The position numbers and the translations under genes were made by a program. The notes under the pieces were generated by a model. The model had not been told where the DNA came from, ran no database searches, and saw only the letters and a list, made by a program, of their open reading frames with translations. Shown piece by piece: positions 37,488 to 47,900 of a stretch of 64,000 bases of DNA (its first letter is position 1; every line of letters starts with the position of its first letter). The stretch covers positions 7,736 through 71,735 of the IMG/VR virus record IMGVR_UViG_3300045391_001472. One strand, 5' to 3'. The stretch is from a virus (lineage: Duplodnaviria; Caudoviricetes).

Positions 37488-38282
37488 ATGTTTGCAGCAA
37501 AAGGAGTCATATCGTCAAGTTATTTACCCGCATCTGGTTACGACCCAAGCGCACAAGCCTTTTTTACAGCAACAGGCATAACAGATTTAACAATTAAAGA
37601 TGCTGTTAATACTTTAGTGTTATCTGCAAAATCAAATGGATGGTGGACAAAATGCACAACTATCTATCCAATGGTAGGAGGAACATCTACAACTTGCAAG
37701 TATAATTTAAAAGATACCACCGCTTATACATTAACAGAACACGGAACAATATCGTATGCAAGCACAGGAGTTACCGGAAATGGTTCTACTGGATATTTAG
37801 ATACAGGATTAGCCGCAAATGTTCTTAGTCAGAATGATTACCATATTTCATTTTATAGCCGAAGCAATATAAATAATACCGAAGTAGAAATTGGTTCAAG
37901 GGGAAGCAATATTGATAATGATTGTTTCTTAGAAATAAGAACATCTGACACCACTTATTTTGCAGAAAACTCAACAGTAGTCAACACTATTAATTTTCTT
38001 GATACCGATTCAAGAGGATTTTATTTAGGAGAAAGAACTACCTCTACTCACTCTGAAGTATATAGAAATGGTACATCAAAACAAACCGGAGGGCAAACAA
38101 GCGCAGCATTAAATTCTCAAAATATTTATATCTGTGCATTAAACAATAACGGGACAGCAGCTTTTTTTTCAACGAAGGAATGTGCTTTTGCAACAGCAGG
38201 ATTAAGTTTAGGTACAACGTTAGAAACAACCATGTATTCGGATATTCAAGTATTTCAAACAAGTTTAAGCCGCCAAGTATGA
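37488..38282 (+). CDS. tail-associated lectin-like (ConA-fold-like) protein
   Basis: DPSAQAFFTATGITD...IYPMVGGT...YNLKD N-terminus recognised from phage appendage proteins. Confidence 0.6.
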   Translation: MFAAKGVISSSYLPASGYDPSAQAFFTATGITDLTIKDAVNTLVLSAKSNGWWTKCTTIYPMVGGTSTTCKYNLKDTTAYTLTEHGTISYASTGVTGNGSTGYLDTGLAANVLSQNDYHISFYSRSNINNTEVEIGSRGSNIDNDCFLEIRTSDTTYFAENSTVVNTINFLDTDSRGFYLGERTTSTHSEVYRNGTSKQTGGQTSAALNSQNIYICALNNNGTAAFFSTKECAFATAGLSLGTTLETTMYSDIQVFQTSLSRQV

Positions 38283-38386
38283 GAAATAGAATTAAATACA
38301 GCAATCAAAATGACCCTGCAAACTTTTATACCATAACATAATGATAAAAAATGTAATTTTAATACGAAAATCCAATATTCCAATCC

Positions 38387-39127
38387 ATGAGTAATACACC
38401 CAATATAGGTACGCTTACTCCTTTGAAAACTATTGTCGCTTATTGCCTTGATGAAAGCGATAAAAGCGTTGGAGATTTTGATAAGTGTTGGATATTAGCT
38501 TTTAGAGGATTAGTAGATGCCAATTACGATATTGCAGCCCAACCAAAAACGGTAAGACTTCCGGTATTAGGCAATCAAACAATTCCTTTACCTGCCGATT
38601 GTTTATCCGTAAGTAAGATTGGTATATTAAATGAGAAAGGAGAAATAAATGCCCTTAAAATAAATAATGCTCTTACTACATGGAGAGACAATAACCCAAA
38701 TAGACTTCAAGACTTAGTACCAAATATCAATGACGGTATTGGCAATTTCCCAATTATCCCTTTCTATAACTATTATTATGCAGGAGGAGTTTATCAGTTA
38801 TATGGGGTTGGAGGTGGATTAATAACTTATGGTGATTGTAGAATAGACGAAAGAAATCGTGTTATTATTTTCAATGAAGATTTTCAATACCATGATGTAA
38901 TGTTAGAATACATTACTGCTCCTGAAAAAGACACCGATTTTCAAGTACCAACTTGTATGCAGGAAGCTATTGTGGCTTTTGTAAAATGGAAATTGAAATT
39001 AGCAACACCGCAAGATTATTATGCTGAATTAACCAAAGCAAGAAGAAGAATGCCGAATAAAAAATTCATATTACAATCATTCAATGAAGTTATAAGACGC
39101 GCAGACGCACAAAAATTAAGATCGTAG
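38387..39127 (+). CDS. tail ring/adaptor protein
   Basis: PKTVRLPV...LPADCLSVSKIG, VMLEYIT; precedes the nozzle gene. Confidence 0.6.
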   Translation: MSNTPNIGTLTPLKTIVAYCLDESDKSVGDFDKCWILAFRGLVDANYDIAAQPKTVRLPVLGNQTIPLPADCLSVSKIGILNEKGEINALKINNALTTWRDNNPNRLQDLVPNINDGIGNFPIIPFYNYYYAGGVYQLYGVGGGLITYGDCRIDERNRVIIFNEDFQYHDVMLEYITAPEKDTDFQVPTCMQEAIVAFVKWKLKLATPQDYYAELTKARRRMPNKKFILQSFNEVIRRADAQKLRS

Positions 39128-42100
39128 ATGCCGCAACCAGATTTAAAACAGTTAATGGGGTTCTTAAATTCCGATGATAACAACGAAACCATCGGACAGA
39201 ATCATCACAAGATGGCATTTAATATGCGGTTTAGAGGTATGCCCGGAAATCTGCGTGGTGAATCTGTTCCCGGAACAATAAAAATAACCAACAATGACTT
39301 ACCAGTAGGGGATAACGAATGTATTGGTAGCTTTTACGATGGATTGAAACAAAGAATTATTTGGTTTAATTGGAATAGTAATGACAGGCATGGTATTTAC
39401 CAATATTCATTAGCCACACAAACCATTACCCCTCTTTTTATTTGCTTTACTAATAGTCAAACAGATATTTTAGGATTTGATTTAGACTTCCCTATTGCAT
39501 CAGTAAACGTTCTTTATACAACCGATGCGGATGGAGATATTATTCATTGGGTAGCGAGGAATAATCGTCCCATGAAATTAAACATCAAAGACGCTTTGGC
39601 TAATACTTATGGTAGTAATTGGCTGGAAGAATATTTAACAGTAGCAAGACCGCAAATAACCATACCTCCTGTATGTAGCTATACCAATGATGCAACAGTT
39701 AATATAAATAATTTAAGAAAAAAACTTTTTGAATTTAGAGTACGTCCAATTTATAAAGATTTTACAAAAGGCACATGGTCGTCATGGAGTAAAATACCAT
39801 CTCCCGCAAATCCAGATAGTATTGCAACCGACATTGACCCAACAAAAAATAACCGTATTGATATTATCATACAAACAGGAAATGCGGATTGTACTTCTTT
39901 AGAGATATGTGCAAGAGAAAGTCAAGCCTCAAATGCTCAAAACACAGAGCCAACGACAGCAGATTTTTCAGACCCTTATAGTATAGTTACATTAAAGAAA
40001 ACAGATTTTTCTATTCCAGACAATGCGCTTTATACTTATCAATTTTTTAATGATGGAGCATACCTTCCTATTGATATTGAAGAAAGCGACTTAGAATGGG
40101 ATAGAGTTCCTTATCGTGCTAATACCCAAGAATTACTAAATGGGAATGTTATTATCTATGGTGGTATAACCGAAGGATATGATTTTGGAGAAACATTAAA
40201 TGTAACATCTTCTATAACTACCATTGACAATACATCTAATATAGGATTGACTATATTTTTAGTCTCTCAAACTTATAGGCTTGACTATTATTTTAGTGGA
40301 GGAGTTACAAACGTAGTTTCTGTTACATTAAAATTTACGGCTGATGCAGTACAAGGAATTACTAATGGAACGGTTACTTATGTATTAAGTCCGGGAGATA
40401 ATCTTACCAACGTTATCAACGGTTTGTTTGCTCAATTTCCAATTGCCGGGACTCATGCTAACTTTGTTGCTCAATTAAATGCGCCAAATTCAATTACGGT
40501 TTTTGCCAGAGATCATTTTACATCACAACTCGACCCACTAACGGGTTCGTTTACTATTGATACATCAGGTAGTTCTCCCACAGATATTAGTATAGCAACC
40601 TACCATCCTCGTTTCAGATATACTTTTGTATTAGTTTATATGGATGATTTTGGCGTAAGCGATGGAGCGCATTTACAGGCATCAACAATGAGTTTGTTAA
40701 TGCCAGAGGAAACGACAACAGGAGGGTTAGCATCGCAGATTCCGCAAATAACTTTTAATATTTTTCATCAACCTCCGATATGGGCTACAAGATTTTCATG
40801 GGCAAGAACGATTAATTTGACAGCAGTACGGACTTACCCTATTGTAACATATACCACTCAAAAAGATAATAATAGCGATTATGCTTACATGGAGATAACT
40901 CCTTATCAAACCAATAGCAATAATTATCCAGTTTATGATTTTGTTGTGGGAGACAGAGTAAGAATATTGGGAGAATTTGTGGCTAATAGTGCAGGTACGG
41001 TTAATGCTCTTGATTTTCCTATCGTTGATTTAGTAACAAACCCTATAATAAATGGTTCTACAAAAACAGGAATATTCGTTAAAGTGCCATTTAATACTGC
41101 ATTGAATAATTTTGGAGCAGGCCATAATAATTGGTTAATAGAAATTTATACTCCTGCTCCCAATACTGTTACCGACCAACAGGTTTATTATGAGTTTGGA
41201 GAAACTTACCCTGTTTTAAATGCTGGTACAAGCACAAGGGCGCATGGGGGACAACAGCAAGACCAAATTGCAGGGACTCAACCCGCTATTTATAATTTTA
41301 TAAGAGGAGATTTTTATCAACGTAGTCGAAGATATATTACGGCATCGAACGTATCTAATACAGTAAGTGTAATTGCTTCTTCTGTTTCCGATCTATATCC
41401 ATCAAGAGTTCAAAGTATAGGAAGGCCATTTCAGATAGACCAATTTGCTGTACGAACATATTTTACCACAATGGTAAGATGGAGTTTACAATACGAGCAA
41501 AATTCATCTATTAATCAAACCAACCGTTTTTATCCATTAAATTTTGATGAAATAGACAGAGCAAAGGGGGCAATTCAAAGATTAAAAGTAAGAGATAGGG
41601 TGTTAAGGGTATTTCAAAATAGGGGTGTTGGTTCTTATGGTATTTATGCAAAGTTCATTCAGAACAATTCAGGACAATCACAACTTGTAACTACCGATGA
41701 CATCATTACAAAAAACAATATTAATTATTATGTTGGAGAATATGGAATGGGCGACCAATATTGTAATTTAACAAGCGCATCCATAGCATCAAGAGATTAT
41801 TTTATTGACCCCGTAAGAGGTTATCATATTAGGGTGAGTGATGATGGCATAACCCCATTGAATGAAAAATACAAAGGTCAATTTTATATCAGAGGATTGC
41901 TTATACCATACAATCAAACCATATTAAGAAGCAATGGAAGTTTGTCGAAGATATTAGGGTGTTATGATTACTTAGAGGAACAACCTATGGTTTTTTTGCA
42001 AGGGGGCATTCCGCTAAAAGATGTTTCAGTAAATAATTTAACTGCCATCGAATCTTTTTCAAATGCTCCTATTCGGTATAATTTATCCTTTTCTGGAGAT

Positions 42101-42937
42101 GTAGTAGATGGAGATATAATTTCACTTCACTTAACCAATAATAATGCTACTTCAAAAGATTTTAGTTATACTGTTATTGCATCAGACACTAAATCTTCCA
42201 TGATAGCAGCTATCATTTCTCTTATTAACACAGATGGAACATTTACCGCAACTACGCAAACGGTAGGTGGTAATTTGGGTATTCTAATTACATCTATTGT
42301 AGAGCCGGGATTGGGGATGGATTCGCAGAACACGGCTACAACTATTACTTATCCTACTATCATTTACCCCACGACTATTAATCCAAAGTCATTTTCTTTT
42401 AATGAAACAAGATTGGGTTATTGTAGTTTCTACGAAAACACAGAAGAAGCATTGAATCCAGATTGGATAACCTGTGCAGAAGAAACTATTTACTCATGGA
42501 AGAATGGAGATTTTTATGTTCATAATGACGATGGAGATAACAGAACATTTTACGGTGTACCATTCTATCCAAGCATTACTCTTGTCTTTAATTCTCAAAT
42601 TGCAATTAAAAAAGTATTTAATGCGATTGCTTATCAGGGAAACCAAATTTGGGAAAGCGATACATTGGGGGATATAAATACTTCAATGGTCAGTCCTCAA
42701 ACTAACTTACAACAAATTTCAAAACTGGTAGCAAAAGATTATGAGATACAAGAGAATGTAAGATATGCAGGATTGCTTAGAGATGCTAATAGTCTGCCAA
42801 ATGCAAGATTGGCCTTGTGGGATGGGGCATTTCTTAATGGAAATTGGGTAGAAGTAAAACTTATTTATAAAGGAAGTAAATTTGGGTGGGTGTTTGCTCC
42901 ATACGTTTTGTGGGAGCCATCCCCTCGTAATCTATAA
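39128..42937 (+). CDS. tail stabilisation/nozzle protein (P22 gp10-like)
   Basis: 1269 aa beta-propeller-like; ANTQELLNGNVIIYGG, YFIDPVRG, PSITLVFN; podovirus tail position. Confidence 0.75.
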   Translation: MPQPDLKQLMGFLNSDDNNETIGQNHHKMAFNMRFRGMPGNLRGESVPGTIKITNNDLPVGDNECIGSFYDGLKQRIIWFNWNSNDRHGIYQYSLATQTITPLFICFTNSQTDILGFDLDFPIASVNVLYTTDADGDIIHWVARNNRPMKLNIKDALANTYGSNWLEEYLTVARPQITIPPVCSYTNDATVNINNLRKKLFEFRVRPIYKDFTKGTWSSWSKIPSPANPDSIATDIDPTKNNRIDIIIQTGNADCTSLEICARESQASNAQNTEPTTADFSDPYSIVTLKKTDFSIPDNALYTYQFFNDGAYLPIDIEESDLEWDRVPYRANTQELLNGNVIIYGGITEGYDFGETLNVTSSITTIDNTSNIGLTIFLVSQTYRLDYYFSGGVTNVVSVTLKFTADAVQGITNGTVTYVLSPGDNLTNVINGLFAQFPIAGTHANFVAQLNAPNSITVFARDHFTSQLDPLTGSFTIDTSGSSPTDISIATYHPRFRYTFVLVYMDDFGVSDGAHLQASTMSLLMPEETTTGGLASQIPQITFNIFHQPPIWATRFSWARTINLTAVRTYPIVTYTTQKDNNSDYAYMEITPYQTNSNNYPVYDFVVGDRVRILGEFVANSAGTVNALDFPIVDLVTNPIINGSTKTGIFVKVPFNTALNNFGAGHNNWLIEIYTPAPNTVTDQQVYYEFGETYPVLNAGTSTRAHGGQQQDQIAGTQPAIYNFIRGDFYQRSRRYITASNVSNTVSVIASSVSDLYPSRVQSIGRPFQIDQFAVRTYFTTMVRWSLQYEQNSSINQTNRFYPLNFDEIDRAKGAIQRLKVRDRVLRVFQNRGVGSYGIYAKFIQNNSGQSQLVTTDDIITKNNINYYVGEYGMGDQYCNLTSASIASRDYFIDPVRGYHIRVSDDGITPLNEKYKGQFYIRGLLIPYNQTILRSNGSLSKILGCYDYLEEQPMVFLQGGIPLKDVSVNNLTAIESFSNAPIRYNLSFSGDVVDGDIISLHLTNNNATSKDFSYTVIASDTKSSMIAAIISLINTDGTFTATTQTVGGNLGILITSIVEPGLGMDSQNTATTITYPTIIYPTTINPKSFSFNETRLGYCSFYENTEEALNPDWITCAEETIYSWKNGDFYVHNDDGDNRTFYGVPFYPSITLVFNSQIAIKKVFNAIAYQGNQIWESDTLGDINTSMVSPQTNLQQISKLVAKDYEIQENVRYAGLLRDANSLPNARLALWDGAFLNGNWVEVKLIYKGSKFGWVFAPYVLWEPSPRNL

Positions 42938-42948
42938 TTCAATATTCT

Positions 42949-43518
42949 ATGGCAGATATATTATCAGCACTCAATCCTTTTGCAGCAGGAGCAGAAGCAT
43001 TGGGCGGCTTAATTAAAATAGGAGTAGGGATAGGGCAACGAGCCAAAGGAAATAAACTCCTGAAAGAAGCTAATACAGAAGATTTAGCTAATCAAGCGGA
43101 ATTTAAGAAAAACGCTTCTATCGGTTTACCGTCTGAGCAATATAACCAAGCCATGAAAAACATTCAACGGCAACAATTATTTGCTATGAGAAGCGCAGGC
43201 GATAGACGTTCGGGATTGGCATTATTACCAACTATACAAGATGCTACCAATACAGCTATTGGTAATTTAGATGTAACTAATGCACAAGCAAGAATGGCTA
43301 ATCAAAATAAATTGTTGTCTTATAATGTAAATAAATTTTTGAGAGATAGAGAATACGCATTAGGGGTTAAGGGAATGGGTAATCAAAATTTGTTTGGAGG
43401 AGTTGACCAATTTGCAGCAGGAGGGTTACAATTCGGTGGTTCATTAGGAAATGGGAGTAACGGATATGGAAATTCAGTAAGCAGAAGTGCAGATACATAT
43501 AGTAGTCCACATAGATAA
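42949..43518 (+). CDS. small ejection/internal virion protein
   Basis: G/A-rich hydrophobic N-terminus plus Q/N helix; first of three post-tail genes. Confidence 0.6.
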   Translation: MADILSALNPFAAGAEALGGLIKIGVGIGQRAKGNKLLKEANTEDLANQAEFKKNASIGLPSEQYNQAMKNIQRQQLFAMRSAGDRRSGLALLPTIQDATNTAIGNLDVTNAQARMANQNKLLSYNVNKFLRDREYALGVKGMGNQNLFGGVDQFAAGGLQFGGSLGNGSNGYGNSVSRSADTYSSPHR

Positions 43519-43526
43519 AAAATAAA

Positions 43527-44909
43527 ATGCCAAATCAACTTCCACAAGGTGATATTTTTGCTGTCGGGACACCGTACCTTGACAGACTTTCTAATCGTTT
43601 GTATGCTCATCAACAATTATTGGAGCAACAACGGATGAAAGAACTGCAATCATTAGATGATGATTTTAAAAAGTCAATTACCAATATAAGAAGTGCCGAT
43701 ATTCCAGAGTTTACCAAAGCCTATAATGATTATCGGATGGCAAGAATAAGCCAACTAAGAAAACCAGCTACCGATAGAAATGAATATTTTCAGCAACAAC
43801 AGGACGTAAATCAAAAGTTAGCCAATGCTTATTCATTACTTAATGATAGTGTAACTGAAAAAGCAAGAGAAAAAGACTTAGCCACTAAAATACATGGAAA
43901 TTGGAAAAACTATACCGATAATGCAAGCGATTGGCTAAAGACAAGAATGGGAGTGCCAACATCACAACTATCAACATTCACGACCAAAGATGAAAAAGGC
44001 AATCCAATTACTTATGATAGCGAAGAACCTATTTTATATAAAGGGGGTTTTGATTTTTCAAAAGACATTAAAAATGCTTATGGAGTCGCACAAAAAGATT
44101 TAGGGACAATAGATGAAACAAAAGACCCAAAATCTATTCAAAAAACCATTGGTAAATATAAGGGATATAATAGCCCATTTGCTGCTTATTCCCAATTAGT
44201 AAGTTCTCTTGCTGACCCAAGAAAAGCAAATTCATTCATAAAGACGCATCAATTTTCACCAGAAGTAGAACAGCAAATAGAAAACAGATTTAATTCAATA
44301 GTATCTAATCCAACGTATCAACATCTATACGGATTAACAGGAGATGAAATATTTCCAGCAGACGATACAGAGTTAGGTCATGCGGCTAAAATGGCTGTAA
44401 TGCTTGCACTAACACCACCATCAAGAGAAGAAGTTTTAAAAACAGACGAAAAAGCAAAAATGGATTATGGGAAAGATATAGCATTTGAGAAAATGGACAA
44501 AGCAGATAAAATAGCAATGAAACATATCTGGTATAATGCCTCATTGCAGGGCAAAAGCGGCGGCAATTATAATGTTTCTGAATTGCAATTACCCGATGGA
44601 AGTACGGATTTAACTAAGCCATTGCAAGGAATAAATGTAAATAATATTGTAACGGGGAAAGCCTTTAAGTCTGACAATATCAAATATGACCCAACTACAA
44701 AACAAATTACCTATAATGATGTAGTGGATAATAAAGAATACACCATTCCTGCACAAAAATTCAGACAAATAATTTCAACCATCAATACAGTACAAGATTT
44801 AAAAATATATGATAATTTAATTCAAGGAATTGATAAAGCATATACCAAACCAAAAACAAGCAGTACACCAAAGAACAGACCGCCTTTATCAAGTTTCTTA
44901 AAAAAATAA
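43527..44909 (+). CDS. ejection/internal virion protein
   Basis: Helical 460 aa between the small and giant ejection genes. Confidence 0.55.
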   Translation: MPNQLPQGDIFAVGTPYLDRLSNRLYAHQQLLEQQRMKELQSLDDDFKKSITNIRSADIPEFTKAYNDYRMARISQLRKPATDRNEYFQQQQDVNQKLANAYSLLNDSVTEKAREKDLATKIHGNWKNYTDNASDWLKTRMGVPTSQLSTFTTKDEKGNPITYDSEEPILYKGGFDFSKDIKNAYGVAQKDLGTIDETKDPKSIQKTIGKYKGYNSPFAAYSQLVSSLADPRKANSFIKTHQFSPEVEQQIENRFNSIVSNPTYQHLYGLTGDEIFPADDTELGHAAKMAVMLALTPPSREEVLKTDEKAKMDYGKDIAFEKMDKADKIAMKHIWYNASLQGKSGGNYNVSELQLPDGSTDLTKPLQGINVNNIVTGKAFKSDNIKYDPTTKQITYNDVVDNKEYTIPAQKFRQIISTINTVQDLKIYDNLIQGIDKAYTKPKTSSTPKNRPPLSSFLKK

Positions 44910-44912
44910 ATA

Positions 44913-47900
44913 ATGCCTGACGGAGATAAAATACCATTTGATTATTTAGGAGCTAAGAAAGCAGGATATTCCGATTCAGAGATTCAAGGATTTTTGAAAC
45001 AGAATTATAATTTTGATTTTGATATTACCAATGCAAGAACATCAGGATATTCAGATAAAGAAATAGCTGATTATATCACAGCATACGAGCCACCTTCAAA
45101 AAAAAAAGAAGTTGGTGGACTTTCTTCATTCATGCAAGGGATTGGTTCAGAAATTGGTGGTCAAGTTGGGAATGGCAAAGCCCCATTAGAAAATGTAATC
45201 ACTCAAAAGACATTCAAGAAGAATGAACGTCCATTTGACCAAACAAAAGAAGAAGCAGTTACTTCAGCTACCAATAAGCTAAATGATATAATGTATAGCG
45301 AAGGGGAAGATTGGAAAGACCCCTTAAGAGCATCCATTAACGGATTAAAAAAATCAACTACACCCAAAGACGCAGCCACTCATTTAGGAGTAAACACACT
45401 CATTGAAAATGCTATCATGCCAACAGGCTTTGATGCAAAACAAACTTTGAATAATTCTATTTGGGGAAAATTAGATAACAATAATCTTACTTCAAAAGCA
45501 TTAAGAGAAAAAGCACAACAATACGATATTGCAACTGCACCGTTAAAAGAAAGTTTTGACAATAAAGATTTAAATAATTTAAACGATTATTCAAAAGATG
45601 TTTATTCTGATTTATTGGGTAATGCAGCTATAAAAAAATATGCACAGGACAATCCGCAATTTCAAAAAGAATTAGATGCAACAGGCATAAGTCTTAATGA
45701 CCCTGATTTATTTAATAGACTTCCAAGTGGTAAAAGAGGTGCAATATTAAATCAGGAATTACAAGATAAAGATTGGAGGACTTATATTGAAAAAGAAAAT
45801 CCAAAACTTGCACCGATATTTGAGCATACTGCACAAAATCTTCTTACAAAAAATATTGATTACGGAATTAACCAAGTAGCTAATAAAGTAAGTAAAGCCG
45901 TTCAAGAAACAGGATATAACAACATAGAGCCAATATTTAATTTCCATAATAAAGGGCATGAGGAAATGAATGATTTGGTAGCCAAACAAGTTCTTAATCC
46001 ACAAGAATACCAAATTTGGAATGACCATATAAAAGATAATCAATCTCAATACATGGATGAGCCTTCATTGTTTGAAGGCATCGCAAGCGGAATAAAAAAT
46101 ACTGCATCGGGGTATGCAAAAACATTTACAGAGCCATTTACCACAGCATCCCAAGCAGTACAAGATAAATGGGAGAAAGAAGCAAGCAATGTAAGTGCAG
46201 ACCCGAAAGGATTAATGAAATACACAAGGGATTTGGGGAATGTTGTAGGATTGGTGGGTACAATAATGGCGGGTGGAAATGTAACTGGATTAGGTAACGC
46301 ATCCAATACGGCAGTAGCATTTTTCGGAGACCAACTTGAACAGGGAAAACAAAAATATCCAGACAGCCCAATTAAAGCATGGACTTCGGCAGCAGTTAAT
46401 ACAACATTGTACGCTGCATTATCAAAAGATATATTTCCAACTGGAAAAATAAATCAGGCATTTAAAAGTATAGAACCAGAAGTTTCCAAAGTAGTAGATA
46501 ATTTAACCACAGGAAATATTTCAAAAGAAATAGCAAGACAGCAATTAAATACGTTAGGTAAGAAAGCATTTGATTTTATTGGAGAGACATTAAAGGGCGG
46601 TGCAAAAATTTCAGCCGAACTTACTACACTTACAGGAATCAATAGAGGATTAGATAAGATAATGGGAATGGATGATAAAGCCTTTAGTGAATACCATCCT
46701 GATGATGAATTGGCAAAAACATTAAGCAATACATTTTTAACATTTCTTCCAGTTGCAGGAGCAGCAAGAGCAGGAGAAATGAGACAAAGAAATAAAGTAG
46801 CCGAAGAATCTTATTATCAAGCAGCCGCCAATCCAAAATATTTTAATAGAGTTATTGATGAATTAGCGGTAAAAGACCCAACCATTAATGCAGAAGAATT
46901 AAAAAATAATTTACAATTCCTTACTGATACAAAAGCAGAGTTAGATAAAAGAAAGATTGACCCAAAGAATCAGGGAAGATTTTTATTGGAGGCATTAAAA
47001 GAAAGAGCCAATCCAAAAGAAGAAAACAAAAATGCAGAACCGACTTTTCAGAAACAAGCACAAGAAGATAAAAAAGCATCTCAAGAAATAAAAGAAAGGA
47101 TATTGAATGGAGAGGATGCTGATGCAATAATTACAAAAGCCGACCAAGAAAAAATTGATGAAGCAGAAGAAAAAAGAGTTGAACTTGAAAGACTTCAAAA
47201 GGACAAGGAATTAGATGACAAAGATTTCAAAGCCAAAAGAAGTGAATTGGACGGAAGAACCCCCGAAGATAAACCCAAAATAGAAAGACTTGAAGAAGAT
47301 AAAAAAAGAAGCGATGAAGATTATCAAAGGGAAGTGGAAAAGCTAAGTCCAAAGCAGCCAGAAACCGAAACTCAAAGCCCCCCTACTGTAAGTAATGAGG
47401 TGAAGGGTAATGAAGTGGGGGATAATAAGATAGCTACTAAAGAAACAGATATTCCAGAAGAAGGTAAGCCGTTCCAATTTTCTTATTTAAGAAATAAAGA
47501 AAAAGCTCCTAATATGGGAGAAAGGTTTGGACAACACATAGAACCATCAGGAAAATATGTAGTGGTTAGTGATGGAGATTTTGCTAAAGGGAAAGAAAAT
47601 TTTGAAACAGGAAATATGAGATTTGACAAACCACTTGTTATTGATTTTGGTGGTGGTTATGGAGAAGAAAGTAATTGGAAAAAAGTTTTAAGTAAAAGAT
47701 ATGATGATAAAACGGGAAAAGAATTAAGTGAAGCAATAAAAAAAGATGGGTATGATGGAATAGTAACAATATCAGAAGATAAAAACGGAACAAAATATAC
47801 ATCTGAAATAGTTGCATTAGACCCAAAAGAAATAAAAAATGAAAAATCAGAAAATGAAATTCAGCAGTCCACAGAAATTAAAGAGCCTTCAGTTACAGAA

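Noticed and set aside
45005-45030. FDFDI in the giant protein as a crAss-type RNA polymerase DxDxD motif
   Set aside because: It lies in the N-terminal GYSDxEI repeat linker, has only two Asp, and no double-psi barrel context is visible.
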